Part shown: positions 1 through 13,469 of the stretch, one piece after another
Layout of the letters: each line of letters begins with the position of its first letter
Numbering within the stretch: position 1 is the stretch's first letter
Assembly: GCA_051530055.1 (NCBI GenBank)
Contig: CM121341.1
Span: 9,340,784 to 9,404,783 of the forward strand
DNA from: Neoechinorhynchus agilis
Taxonomy: Eukaryota; Animalia; Acanthocephala
Length of the DNA stretch: 64,000 nucleotides
Direction: 5' to 3'
The notes under the pieces: model-generated
What the model was told of the DNA's origin: nothing
The model's input: only the letters and a program-made list of their open reading frames with translations
Database searches by the model: none
Position numbers and translations under genes: made by a program

Positions 1-572
1 CTCATCTTTGGAACAGCGAGGTTCTATTTAACAACCCAAAAATGACTCTCACCCTTTCACGACTTTTTAAATTTCAAACTCCCCAAGATCTTTGCAATCT
101 GGAAGGACTTTATAGAGGAAAAAGACTGGAGTTTGAATCACTCTTCTACTGTAAAATCAAGTTTCTTCTAAACTCTCGGATAAGTTCGAGATCATTTATG
201 TTCCCAACAGTCCTGTGCGTTTAACTGTTTTGAGGGGCTCATTGGTTTTTGGTGTGGTTTCCATGGATGAGATTTTTTAACAACTTTGTTACTTTCATTC
301 GTCTCCGGACGCTTCTTCATTCCTTCCTTTGATTACTTAATTCCCAGTGACGGACTGGTATAATGACAAAAAAGAAAATCTTCATTCTCGATCTTTCGCA
401 GTCTTGAATCTATCAAAAGGAGTTTGGAGATGTGAAGTGAATGTTAAAGTACCGACATTGAAGTGTGTTAGTAAGTTTGACTAATTTACGTTAATTTATA
501 GAGACATTGAACCGAAAGAACCTTAAAGTGAAACTGCCTTTATTGCATTGTTTCGAGTGAGAGAAAAGAAAA

Positions 573-2175
573 ATGTTTGCTTCTCGTTCGGAATACGACC
601 GTGGCGTTAATACATTCTCTCCTGAAGGTCGTCTTTTTCAAGTTGAATACGCGATCGAAGCAATTAAATTTGGGTCGACTGCGATTGCGATTAGAACTGA
701 TGAAGGAGTTGTACTGAGCACTGAGAAACGAATTCAATCAAGGCTCATTGAACCTGGAAGTGTTGAGAAGATTGCCGAAATCGATCATCATTGTGCTTGT
801 GCTTTATCTGGACTCATTGCTGATGGGAAAACGCTGGTGGATCGGGCAAGAGTGGAAGCACAAAATCACTGGTTTAAAAAAAGGCGGTAATGTTGATCTC
901 AAGTCATAAAGGCCACAACCTTTTTTTAATTTTTTTAAATACACACATTTTTGAAATTTTTTAACGTTTTTAATTATGTTGAAAAGATAATTCATTGTTA
1001 TTTGTCGATAGGAGAGATAAATGAAATTAAGATTTTATTGGATATTTCGATCCACTATCTCGGATCTTCTTCAGCGATCGTTTGCAAGTTTGATCCAACT
1101 TCGTAAACACTTGCAAACAATCGCTAAAGAAGATCCGAAATAGTGGATCGAAATATCCAATTAAATCTTAATTTCATTTATCTCTCCTGTTTTTAATTAT
1201 TTTTTCCGCAGTTTATATCATAAAGAAAATCGAAAATGATTAAATTGTTTATGACGGTGAAAAATTTAAAGGAAATTTATTAAATTCGATATTTCGGAAG
1301 CACACAATCTTTACGCATTTCTAGAAAATTGTTTCTAAAGTTGTTTTTCGATGTGAGATTTTTTATAAATCCGAAAACAGATAATAGCGGATTTAATAAA
1401 ATTCCTTGAAATTAAATCAGCCATAAAACAAACATGAATTTCAAAAAAAAATTATTAGTATATTTTTAGACCAAAAGGTTTTATTCTTTTTATTAAAGAA
1501 AGATTTGTAAACCACACAATTTTGAGATTTTTTAACGTTTTTTTATTATTTGTTCCGCAGTTTAATTTCTATGAAATGTTCTATTTTATATCATAAAGAA
1601 TAAATTATCAGTATTATTTTAGACAAAAAATGTTTTATTATTTTTAATGAAGAAACATCGCAGATTAACTTTGAATGCGTGATTGATTTATCAATTTTGT
1701 ACGGATTTGAACATTTTTTCGTCATTGTTATCAACATGACCTCCTCGGTACCTACAACGAAAGGATGTCGATTGAATCGATAACTCAAGCCGTTTCCAAT
1801 CTTGCATTAGCTTTCAGTTCAGCAGCTCGTTCAACAAGTGGAAAAGTGGCCATGTCTCGCCCATTTGGAGTTGCCATTCTTTTCGCTGGATATGATGAAA
1901 CCGGAGCACATCTTTTCCAATTGGACCCCAGTGGAACATTTATTGAGTATAAAGCAAAAGCAATTGGTTCTGGCCATGAAGGTGCCGACGATCATTTAAA
2001 ACAAAGCTATAAAGACGACTTTAGTCTTCACGACGCAACGAAGCATTCGCTAGATATTCTTAAGCAGGTTATGGAGGATAAAATGACTAGCGATAATGTC
2101 GAAGTTGCCCATGTTACCAAAGATGGGTTTAAAGTTCTAAGCAAGAACGAAGTAGAGCAAGTTATGGCAGAGTAG
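573..2175 (+). CDS. PSMA5: Proteasome subunit alpha type-5 (2 exons, 573-875 and 1750-2175; 242 aa)
   Basis: N-terminal [31 protein letters not shown] and C-terminal [14 protein letters not shown]...DPSGTF match the alpha5 family. Joining ...NHWF to [10 protein letters not shown] restores the conserved NHWFTYNE; the single intron has no GT-AG solution. Confidence 0.97.
1010..1188. mobile_element. Fold-back (palindromic MITE-like) element in the PSMA5 intron
   Basis: About 80-bp near-perfect inverted arms (1010-1090 and 1109-1188) around a short loop. A homologous copy lies at 11958-12151. Confidence 0.8.
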
Positions 2176-2475
2176 ACATCATTTCTATTGAAAAAACAAG
2201 AAGCTAAATGATCCCTTTGGAAGCTTTAATGTGTCTTCTAAAAGTGAAATAATGAACTATTTTTGAAGAAGAATCACACAACTCAAATTCACATTTTTTA
2301 GTTGATAATTTTGTACAAGTCTGAATAATTTTAGAAACCTTGAATTAAGCACTTTTTCTAAAAAAGAGGGATAAAATTATCGATGCATTCATAACTCCAG
2401 CCAAATACATTTTTGTGCTGATGAACGTTGCCTATTATCGCCTAAGCATAATTTAGCTCTTTTTTAGACTGTGAA

Positions 2476-3276
2476 ATGGAGAAATTGGACATTTTAGGAA
2501 ATCGAACACAAAATACAAAGGACCGACTTGAAAATCTCCTGGAAGAGAATCAAAGACGAGAGACTGGACGTCCATGTTACTGCATCAAGGTAAAAGACTC
2601 AAATGGCGTGAAAACTTTTATAAACGTTTGTTCGTCGCCATTTGTTCCTCCGAGCCATGACTTGGATGCATTTCAATTGGATGATTTAAATAATATCCAA
2701 ACTCAAATTCATGTTTCCATGGCATTTGGAGAGTCACACACCGAGTTAGACATTCACTCGGAACCCTGCGATGTTTATGATGTGATTGTGAATACCGATT
2801 ATGGACAACGGGCCAAGGATAACTTGGAATTTCAACGCTTTTTAAATCATTTGATAGTAAAAGGATTATCGGAAAAGTGTGGCAAGGAATTCGGTGATTA
2901 TACGGTACTTAAGAATAGAAAGAAATTGGGCGAAATTAGGGAGCAGATCATCCGTACAAAACCGAGATCTCTCAAATTGGTCAAGGAAGCAAAAGAAGAG
3001 AAGGAATTGGTAAAAGTAAAAGTTTTAAAGACGACACGGTCCTTGGAATTACACCCTAAAAATGTCATTGTTCAGTTTAGTGTTGATAAAAGTATCAGAT
3101 ATGATTCATGCCAAATCTGGCGATATGATCGGTCAATCAAATTCGAGTTATTCTTCAGAGAAAAACTTGTTTTCGAAATCCAAACCAATTTGCCATTTGT
3201 CGTCGGAGAATGCACAATTGAAAACGTTGATTTTGATAATCGAACGGTTAACATCAGCGCCCAAGTAACGTGGTAG
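2476..3276 (+). CDS. PIH1D1: PIH1 domain-containing protein (R2TP component, PIH1D1-like), intronless
   Basis: PCYCIKVK...KTFINVCSSP..PP and SMAFGESHTELD...CDVYDVIVN match the PIH1 domain signature (FCIKT...KVFINIC...MSLGEPHAELD...YDVAVN). Confidence 0.85.
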   Translation: MEKLDILGNRTQNTKDRLENLLEENQRRETGRPCYCIKVKDSNGVKTFINVCSSPFVPPSHDLDAFQLDDLNNIQTQIHVSMAFGESHTELDIHSEPCDVYDVIVNTDYGQRAKDNLEFQRFLNHLIVKGLSEKCGKEFGDYTVLKNRKKLGEIREQIIRTKPRSLKLVKEAKEEKELVKVKVLKTTRSLELHPKNVIVQFSVDKSIRYDSCQIWRYDRSIKFELFFREKLVFEIQTNLPFVVGECTIENVDFDNRTVNISAQVTW

Positions 3277-4350
3277 TATATTTGTTCCATGATAAATTAT
3301 CGATTATATTCGTCCGTGGTAGTGCATATTTATGTATTTATTAGAGGCATAATGGATATTCTAACTGATAAATGAACTTCGAAAAAACGACGGATGCTTG
3401 CACAGTGACAATAACAAGTTTTATTGATTTTTTGTTGAAGAAATTAGAGCCATGTACCTTTGGGTCCTCCTAAACCCACCGATATTCCGGTTTCTTGTAT
3501 ATCCGTCCGGGTGGGAATATCAGGTCTTGTTATGTCCGCTCTGGTGGACGAATTAATGGTTATTGTTTACAAGAAAGCTTGTGAGTTTGGTCTTTCCTCA
3601 GGCTAATTTCAAGTTATGATATCCAAGAAGATTGGGCAGCAGGGAAAAAGGAGCGGAGGTATAGGCAGGTGTGAGGATTTATACAAAATAGGATCAAGGC
3701 AATCATGAGAGAGGGGGAAATCAACTGTACAAATTTTAGAAGCTCTTCTTCTTGAAACATTTCAAGATGACGGATTTGAGTTTTGGATAAGTTGCAGAAT
3801 ACGGGATAACCATAGGCGAGTCAGTGGCCAAGATTGCAAATCTCTTCTGCGAATTCGAGTGTTCCTGGGGACTCAAAGGTACATGACAACTTCTTCTTTG
3901 TTCGGAAATTCGTTCCGGTGGAAATGTCCTGTTGGGGGATGAAGGGGCATTGCAATTTTTCCTTAAGCTAAAATGTCTTATTTTTCCTTTGAAATGAAGG
4001 CGAAAGACGTTTAGTAAAACACTCTGGTTTATAATGCAAGCAATGAGCCAAATAATTTCTTTATTATCTAATTCGGAAGGATGAATACAATTAACGTGTT
4101 CGTGGACGAATGCACAACCGCGTTTCGAACGCAACCTAACAATCTCTTCTGCGAATTTGAGTGTTCTTGAGGACTTAAAGGTACATGACAACCTCTTTAC
4201 GCTTTTTGTTCGATGCTTCTTAAATGAGCCCAAAATTCCCCACGCTGAATATTATTAGTTTTTACCGATCAGAACAAGTGACAGTTTACAAAAATAATAC
4301 GGTGAGCTGAAGAACAACATTAATTTAGCGCACACGCCAACGTGTGTTGA

Positions 4351-7300
4351 TTAATAATCGATTGAAATTGAAGATTCTACCTTCTCGATTCGATCGGCCA
4401 TCTTAATATAGTGTGTGATTTAAGAATTAAGGTGTTACAGATAACATACTTCTCTATAAAGTTTCTTTTGACTGGACAAAAAGTGCTTTAGACTTGATTT
4501 ATAATCATGTAATCTCTGCCTGTCCAAAAGGGTGATCTCCGCAAGGACTCCAGCGTTTATTATTTGAGCTCGTTCACTGACGTGTTGAATATCTGGAAGG
4601 TTTTTCTGTTGAATACCTGAAACTGCTTCTCGCAATTCTCGTTGAAGGGTAAACACGTTACTAAAGCTTGAATTTAACGTGCTGTAGAGCCTTAGGAAAT
4701 AGTATATTTTGTGAAGAGGCGTCGTGGATAATTCCGATAACGATTCAGCCATTTTTGTATAAGCCTTACTTGTCTCTTGATTAATCGCTGCCAATTCCCG
4801 ACTACCACGTTCCCGGTTTTCATCAGCCATGAAGGTTTTAGCCATTTCGTGGAATCCGCTTGCTATTCGAAGAAACTCTCGCTTCATTGCTTAAAAGTGT
4901 AACATCTTTAAAAGTGATTTTGAAGTTCAAATAACAAACCGCCGTTGAACTCGTTAAATTTAAGGAATATGTTTTGAAGATTGAAATTGGCTCGGTCGAA
5001 ACTTGCAAGGAAACGCACAAACGAATCCACTTTGATGTCGCTAAAAATGTCGACATGATCTACTGATATTTTAGGATTTGACCAACTTAAAAAAACCTTT
5101 CAAAAACATTTTACACAAAAAAAGCGCTAAATATTTTTAAACAATTTCTTTGCGTTTGAGTTAAAAGATTAGCATGAAATCTTTTCTTATAATTGAGCGG
5201 CTAGCTCGCGGTGTTTTGTTGAGTATGAGAAAATCGCTCGTGGAACAAATTTGCTACTTACGTCTCAGCAAACGGAACAGAATCGCTTGCATTAATGCAC
5301 GCGAACCAATGCAGTCCACGAAATGGATCCTTTTCTGCTTCTCTTTTATACTTTTTCCACTCCTATAATATTTTTTAAATTCACTAATGCATGTTCGTGT
5401 TAGGCGGCTACCTTAATACTCGTGTTGGAATTATACTGCAGATCTTTGGACAAAAAATTGGAGACAAGAGAGCTCGATGCTAATACGGGATGGCGAGTGA
5501 CTCGATTGAGCCACAATTGGAGTTGGATTTTCCTCTCTTCAATAAAGTCCTGCTCAAATCGACCTAACTGCGATTGTATAAAAGACAAAATGGATCAAAA
5601 TGCAATTACCTGTCACTTGTTTATCAGGCAGTCCTGCAATGCTGATAATTCTGAATTTATCATTCAGAAGATCATACAGCCAATCGAATTGTTTAAATCG
5701 CCGGGAAACACATCGGCCGCCTTCCTTTGCAATTTGATAGACAGTGAATTGCTTGAGACCTGCTAGTTTTGAAGCCTCATTAGTAGCTGTAATCTGGTAT
5801 TCGGATGGCTCCCAGTTACGATCACTCGATTGCCATTCCAGTCGTCCATCATTTGGATTCTTCTACTTTCACAGCGAAGCCGTTCAAAAGAATACTGCAC
5901 TCAACAAAAACTTACGACAATGTAGATAATTTCAGATTGGTGAGCAGGAGTCCCCTTGTAGCCATTCAATAAGTAATGCTCGATACCGTTTTTATCGAAG
6001 AGCCTAATTCAAATTGATAATTAAATATATCAATGCAAGATATAGGGAAAGTGATGCCAATACATCCGATGAACACACCGATGGAAGCTATTGAAGATAT
6101 CTTAGAAAATTCATCACCCTTTTGTTTTTTGAAATCGTGAATCGATAAACGGTTACGTTAACTTCCAGGAAACCTATAAATTTTTGTCAATAATTGGAAT
6201 CGCGTAAATATCCTTCGACGCATTGTGCATCAACAATTTCTGCAAACAACGAAAAAGCCTTGGAACCTTTTAGAACACTTGAACAAACTAGGTTTAATTT
6301 TTAATTAAAAAAATCAAAAAATGTCGATATGTGAGTGTTTAGAAGTCTTCACTTGCGGTAAATGATTATTTCGATTAAAGACGTTCTCTACGAACTTGGT
6401 CGAGTTCATCATCAATTTGTTGTTCGAACCGTTTTTTGAACACTTCTAAACAATAATTCCAAAAAAAATCAATTTTTTACATAAAATTGCCAAAGTCGAT
6501 GAAAATAAATCAGCTGTTGACAACAAACTATCGGTTCCTTCGGATATATTGGTCAACGTTTTCACTTTAACATTCAAATTACATTGCTTTAAGAGTATGA
6601 GCAGCACTGGTCATTTTAGCAGTCGGTACAGTCGATCCTGTTGCCGAAGCCTGTTTTTGTGAATCCACTGTTTTCCCTACCTGCGTAAATTTATACAAAT
6701 TCGTTTAAAAGTGATTTTTCACCAACGGAACGTAGCGGAGTGCTAACTGGGTACTGTTTAACTGCAGCAGCAGCGGCGGCGGCGGCGGCGGTGGGTGGAG
6801 GTGGCAGATCGTCAGCTACGGTGTTAACCGATGGATAAAGCTGCTTAAGAAGAAGCACGAGCGGGATTTGCGTGAAAGCGTTAAAAGTGCAGCTTAAGAA
6901 CATACTATAGAACCGGTAGTATTGAGTTCATCGTCAAAATCATCATCGAAATCGCTATCAGCAGTAGACTGTTTATGAGCTCCAACTGGGGCGTTTGGAC
7001 GAGGTGGAATAGAAGTCCACGATCGAGTCCATGGATCAACGGCTGGTGGCAAATCAGGTTGTAGTGTAACATCGAATGAATCGACCGTTCCATCAAGCAG
7101 AGGTATTGGTGGTTGTTCTTTGATTTTCACGAAATCTTTAGGAATATTTCCAATTTTGCTTTCTTTGTTTCTCGCTTTCCACCATCCTTGTCCAACATCT
7201 TTGTCTATAACATTAAGAACTTCGCCTGCCTTAAAAGACAATTCGAACTCAGATTCAGCACTAAAGTCATAGAGAGCCTCGACGACCTTTACAGTTGACA

Positions 7301-7363
7301 AAAAAATACGGTTTCTGTTTCGAATAATGCAAAAAATACCTCGATCACTGGAGCAGAATCCAT
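4351..7363 (-). CDS. SH3-PX-BAR sorting nexin (SNX9/18/33 family), multi-exon, all traced introns GT-AG
   Basis: SH3 (ALYDF...GWW...GNIP), PX (RRFKQFDWLY...LPDKQVTGRFEQDFIEER...HPVL) and BAR C-terminus (LHDYKSSLKHFLSSQKKLY). Exons join in frame at canonical sites; start MDSAPVIE at 7363. Confidence 0.92.
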
Positions 7364-8954
7364 TGAGAATTATCTGAAATAAAAAGTTGTAAAGTTCAAT
7401 ATTCGTTTAGGTATGATAACAGTCAACGTAAAAAACGCGTAAATGCTTCATCCGTAAATACAATCTCATGAGTTGTCGACTTGCGTATGTACGCGGCTCG
7501 TGCAGAAGTGAAGCTTTTTGTAATGAGAAACGGGCGAGTGATTCACTTTCCAAGAGACAAATGGAACTGTGTCTTTAGACTACAAGACACTGTAGTTTAG
7601 ATCAATAGCGGATTCAAAGCATGAAATGAGATTCGTTAAGTCCAAGGGAACTTGGCCATGGAAACCAAGAAATTAATCGAGTATGAAAAAAGTGCACGCT
7701 GAAACCCCAAGGGATCGTGGAGTTTTCAAACGAAGTTAAAGGAGAAGAAGATCTAAGTACGTTGTAAATTTTGATGACTTTTTAGGATGATAGTTTTAAT
7801 ATTGATAGTTGCTAACGAGCGAGAGAGAGAGAAATCGAGTGCACGATTTTTGTAAAAATTAAACGAAAAAAATTCTATTCCAATGAGAATAAAATTGAAA
7901 TAAATAAAAACAATATACCACTTTTTCACAAATAAATCGTTTGCAGAGTAAAAAATCGACAAAAAGTGAACAATTTAACTGTATTAAAAATAGATCACTC
8001 CAAACTGACGGAACTAATTATGATTATTGATTCATGGTCGCTTGTCAACAGCCGATGAGATCGACCGATTTAATCCTAGTCATTGTCAATTCAATTGCTT
8101 GTAAGTTTTTAAATATGTAAACTCGTTACAAGCAATTGAATTAATAATGACTCAATCGATCGAAATATACACTCGTCTTTAACACGATCCGAATGCAATC
8201 CTCAACCTGATACTGATAAACACTTAAACTCTAAAAAAAGACAATAAATCATAATATAAGCACTAAGTTTGTTTTAAAAATTCATGACCCTTCGTGAAAA
8301 AAACAACCGATAATTCTATATTATTCATGAACTTAAATTAAAATTAGAAAATAATGTTTTTATTGGCTCGATTTAATCAAAACAAATTGCTCATTGTTAA
8401 ATTTGTTATGCATTTTTGAAAGCTTAATTATTGGAATTAATTGTATTTATCTTTCAAATGTTCCTATCTGCCTACAAACATTTTAAATTCTATTTTGTGA
8501 GATAAATTGTAAAAAATCATTAACTAAAAGCTTTTTTTAAATAAAGTCGTGGTAAACTATTTGAGTAAAAATTATGCGAAGAACGCTAAATTTATTCTTA
8601 TATAATTTTCTATACTTAAAGGTCTGAGACTTTGTCGCAATTTAGTACACTTTGTGAGGAAAAGAGTTGGGAAATTGAGGCTTGAAGGGATTCGTGGACA
8701 GAAAAAGCGCAAACCACTCTTTTCATCGACCAACATATCACGTTCTTGGTAAACGAGCAGACAAACTTAGCCGAGGTTTTACAAAAAAACGACGAGATGA
8801 AATTAGCTAATGTCGTTTCAACATTATCTAAAAACTTTGCAATTTTTTTTGATACTTAAGAGGTCAATGCTATGACCCATCTTTTCTAAGACACTACGCA
8901 ACTCACGAGCACAATAAGTGTTCTATAATTTCTATACTCATATTTGCACTTTGA

Positions 8955-11900
8955 TTAATCAGTTGAACCATCGTGTTCAATATCAATGTCCTCGATATCT
9001 GAAACCGCTCGACTGTAACCGTAACCAACGTCGCTGACAGTCATGAGTACCGAGGCGACATCATCGTCATTCTCGTCTTCATTACAAAGCCATTTAGCTC
9101 GGTATTCCGTTTTTGGTACTTTCAAAGGAACTTCCACGAGTTTCATGGCGTCAAAAAACACAGTCGGTGGTTTTCCTTGCATTTGTTGGCAAGATAATTC
9201 ATCAGATACCGTAGCCGGTCGAAGACTCTTGGCGTCCATTTCTTCACTCAAATACATCAGCTTTTGGAGATGAACGAAATGAGCAGTGTTTGTAACTTCA
9301 GGATCAATGGAGCCAGCATCATGGGCAAAATCGAAAGCGAGCCTACATAAGCCAAATTCAACACATTCCATTGCAATGGCTAGCAAGACGTCGACGTCAT
9401 GAGGGACAACTTGAAGAGCTTGAACGAGATGTTCAAGACATTCAATGTGACGCCTACAATCAACAAGGTTGAACATCATAGACATTGTAAAGAATTTTTC
9501 AATTATTGTGAATTTCCCAAGACTTTTGCGTCTACAGAAGTTCTCTCCTTCGATGCCACTACAGCTACATGATTTCCAAATCCTTATTAGATCGTCTAAT
9601 CTTACCAGAAGTTTTAATCGATAAAATTTAAAAAAAAACACCCCTGAAGTAATGTAATTTAGTTTTCTTTTCAAATCCTGCTAATGTTGTAGGTCAGGAA
9701 AACATGGCTTCAGCTCAGTTTTTTTGCCAGTACAAATATCTGGTCATGTTTAAGAAGATATTCTGAAAATAACCGAGAAATGAGGCAATTTACGAAAATA
9801 TTACATTGTTCATTGTAATGAAAAAACCGAAAAAACCACTCAGTGATGTAATTACGTGAAACATTTCGCCTATAATCTAAGAAAATAGCTATTTTATACC
9901 CGATAAAACGTGGCTGAACGCCGGAAATTGTTCAGAGAAATACGCTAAAGAGGTATGAAAATTTAAAAGAATCCGGCGGTACTATGGATAAAATCCCGCA
10001 AGTTCAGTTAGGATTTTTGAAAAATCAAACTAACCCGAGTTGAGCACAAGTATGAGCCGTATTCACATGTAAGACATGAAAATACGATCGGAATTGTCGC
10101 TGTGCCATTTTAGTGACAGCACAGCTTTTGTCAAGTAATTCACGTGATGCTTTTCTTGTCATCTCCAAAGCTTTCTCAAAGATGAACAAGGCTTCATCAT
10201 ACTGCGAAGCACGGAATTTTAAGCATCCATATTCATTAAGAACTCTATGAGCAAGATGAAGACTATTTTGCTTAGTACATAAAGCAACAGCTTCATTAAG
10301 AAATTTGTCAGCTAATTGATAATGACCTCCGTCCGAATATTCTACACCGATAAAATATATCGGTCGATAGTCCCTAGAGTGAAACAAAAGTAAATTGAGG
10401 ACAAAGTATTAAGTCTTAAACTTACCACTGATCAAATTTCGCTGCTTTGTAGTACATTTCAATGGCCTGATCATGTTCATTGTCACGTGCAAGGGCGTGT
10501 CCTAGCCCAATCCAAGCTTCGCTAAATCTATACTCCGCATCGGTTGCTTTTGTAAAAAATTTCCTAGCAAACGCTTGACTCTTGTCATGATCTTTGGCAA
10601 TACAGTACTCGTATACGGCTGAGACGTACCAAGCAAGCTTTAAAAAAAGATGAAGAAACATAAAAATGTCAAAGGTTTTTAAAACGAAACTCACAGCTGT
10701 ATCGGGAATCGCGATTGATAGCTCATTTGCTAGTGAAAAAAGGTCTGAAGAAACGATTTTATACAAGAATTTAAAAATAAAAAACTGACCAATCCGATCG
10801 TTGTCGGAAATGCAGGATAAACAGGCGGTGAGCAGTATAATGCATCGACGGTTTAAAGGATCTCTACGTCTTATTTCTTTATAGTAAAGGCCACTTTACT
10901 ATCACACGAATACTTCTATCGTTAGGAAAATTAAAAGACTCGACGTGATTTCGTTTCAATTATTGTTCCGGGATAAAAAAGAAGAGTGTTGGGCAGACCT
11001 AGGGCCTGAGAAGGAATTCCGAAACCTCCTCGGTTCTTGTGCCGACCCCAAAGAACTAGCACGCCTATTCGCTGCCGAAACCAAATAGTTCGGTAGTTTT
11101 CTCAACATTTGATCAATCCCGTCCATTTGTACTTAAATGGATGACCGCTCCTTTGGTCCGTGGTTTGCGCAATCCTTGTGAAATTCAAGTTTAGTACCAA
11201 GAAAATGAAAGTCCAGGAGGAACCCACGGAATCGATCGAAAAGCCAGGAGCAATCACCACAGAATGGTGAATAGTCTATAAAGTACTTTTAGTCGAGATA
11301 TGGCGACAAAAGACCGGACGGCACATCAACAGTTCCGTGGGACTTCGCCTGCCCAAATGCGATGGCTAAAAGCAACTTGGTGCTCGCAGAAAAAAGTTGT
11401 TCGCAACAACAAAACTATTTTTATCGGAAAATCAGCGATTTAAAAAAGCTAAATGCTGAATCCTCGAAGCAATGGAAATATGTTTCGCCGTTCCCATCGT
11501 AACTGTCAACTACTTTTTTTTGTTTCAGCCGTTGAAGTTTAAAAACCGGAACCCGAAATTAAAATAATTGGTTAAAAGCCGTACGTAAATCTTAAAATTT
11601 TGAGCGGAATCTTTGTATGTAACTATTATTATAAAGAAGACTTTAAAAGCATTTGTAAATAACCGGTTTAAAGTTTCTAAATTCACTATTAGCAAAAAGC
11701 TTAAATCGATGCGCCAATAATGTTTGACTATCTCAAAATAATCCCGGCAATGAAGAGTGATATCACTGTGTTTGAACATTGAATTATTCATGGTTGTTTA
11801 TGGCGGTTAAAGACATTTTATTAGATCTGATTTTCTTTTCGGAGAAGCCTTGATAAAAGCATACACGATTGTGCCAAAAGGAAAATGGGATTTAATAACA

Positions 11901-13273
11901 AATTTTTTAAAATTTTTCACCGTCATAAACAAGCAATGAGATTACACTTAAAAGATCTTTGTCGGTAGGAGAAAATAAATGAAATTAAGATTTAATTGGA
12001 TATTTCGATCCACTATCTCGGATCTTCTTCAGCGATTGTTTGAAAAGATCGCTGAAGAAGATCCGAGATAGTGGATCGAAATATCCAATAAAATCTTAAT
12101 TTCATTTATCTCTCCTATCGACAAATAACAATGAATTATCTTTTCAACATACAGAGAAAAAAAGGAATGGAATTCGATGGTTAGAATTCATTAGAACTCC
12201 ATCAAAATTGAATTAAGATGCCCTTTACTTTACATGCGCTTAAGCAAGCATCAAAATTGATGCATTCGAAAGCTTCAGTTGCGACAACTAATAAGCGAGA
12301 TACTGTTTGATCAAATAGTTTATCGAAAGCACCAACAGCCTTAGTGTGTTCACCATAATTAACAATGTTTCTGGCCGACCAAGTTATCTAGAAACGAACA
12401 ATCATGAATTTCTCCTTTAAAATGTTTTGAGATTCAAACCTCGGTTCTACTCATATCGAACAGTTTTCCAACTACAAAATCGAACTCAGCTTCACTTGGA
12501 CAAGACAATGGGTCATTGCATCCAAGAATATTCTGGAAAAGCTCCTGGATCACTTGATTGCAGGTACTAGGACAATCCACTGGCTCAATATTTCGAAGAC
12601 TATATTCACGAGTGTTAGGAACTGGGTGCTTTTCTTGCTCTGCCAAAGCGACAAATGCTTCAGCCGACCATTTATCAATCTTAAGGGCTTCTCTGAAACA
12701 TTGAATAGCAGTCTCACGTTCAGTCTCAGCCGCCTTAATCTTTCCGTATAGTATAAAAATCTCAGCTCGTTCCTGATCACTGCAGAGATTATTGGGATCG
12801 AATTGCCATTCACTTGGTTTTGTTTGAGGAGGAACTTCAAAATCTCTCAAAGCTAACAGGGCTCGCTCGTATTTCTTGCAATTTACCAATGATTTGGCTA
12901 AATAAATCACATATTTTGGCTTCGTCTAGCAAAAATCAATTATATTTTTTTCTTCAAAAAACACGGCAAATTTACCTTAAACTCTGGCCGCTGTTCAATA
13001 AAAGAAATAAGAACTTCATATTGTTTATTGACGTAAAGACAATGTATCAGAAGCTGGAAATCCAATTCCGCTTCAAAACAAAATAAATCTAAAGGTTATG
13101 AGACAACCAAACTAACCGCATTGTTCAAAAGTGAGATCGTAAAGCTTTTTGGCGTAAAACAAAGCATCTTCAGGTTTCCCGCTCTTGATACGATCATTAG
13201 CTATCAATCGTATTATGTTCAATACTTCTTCTCGGCTCTTGGGAAAACTGGATTTTGATCTTGAAGGTGCCAT
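8955..13273 (-). CDS. CDC16: Anaphase-promoting complex subunit 6 / CDC16 (TPR protein), multi-exon
   Basis: AIQCFREALKIDKWSAEAF, DPLNRRC...DLFSLANEL, AWIGLGHALARDNEHDQAIEMYYKA and further TPR motifs align to CDC16. One intron (about 10878-12232) is non-canonical. Confidence 0.88.
11958..12151. mobile_element. Fold-back element in the CDC16 intron, same family as 974-1188
   Basis: About 75-bp inverted arms. The flank 12121-12151 is the reverse complement of 974-1005. Confidence 0.8.
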
Positions 13274-13469
13274 CTAAACGAAAAACACTTTAACATGGAA
13301 TCTCCTCGTTTGAAAACTTCAAAGTTTAACAACTTTTGACCGCATAGTGATTTCGACGTCATGAATCGTGAATTCTATCGTGAAATTACGTCATTTGTTC
13401 TTTTTAAGAAATCCCTGGAGATAGTGCGTTTTTTATCTTGTTTTGCTTTTAACAGAGCATTTCCAATTT

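Noticed and set aside
1-520. Possible minus-strand gene divergent from PSMA5
   Set aside because: Only short open stretches, with no recognisable domain or consistent exon chain.
5020-5262. Apparent phase mismatch at a sorting nexin intron
   Set aside because: The TTTTTAG acceptor in phase 2 gives a length-conserved join (FAETDIKVDSF).
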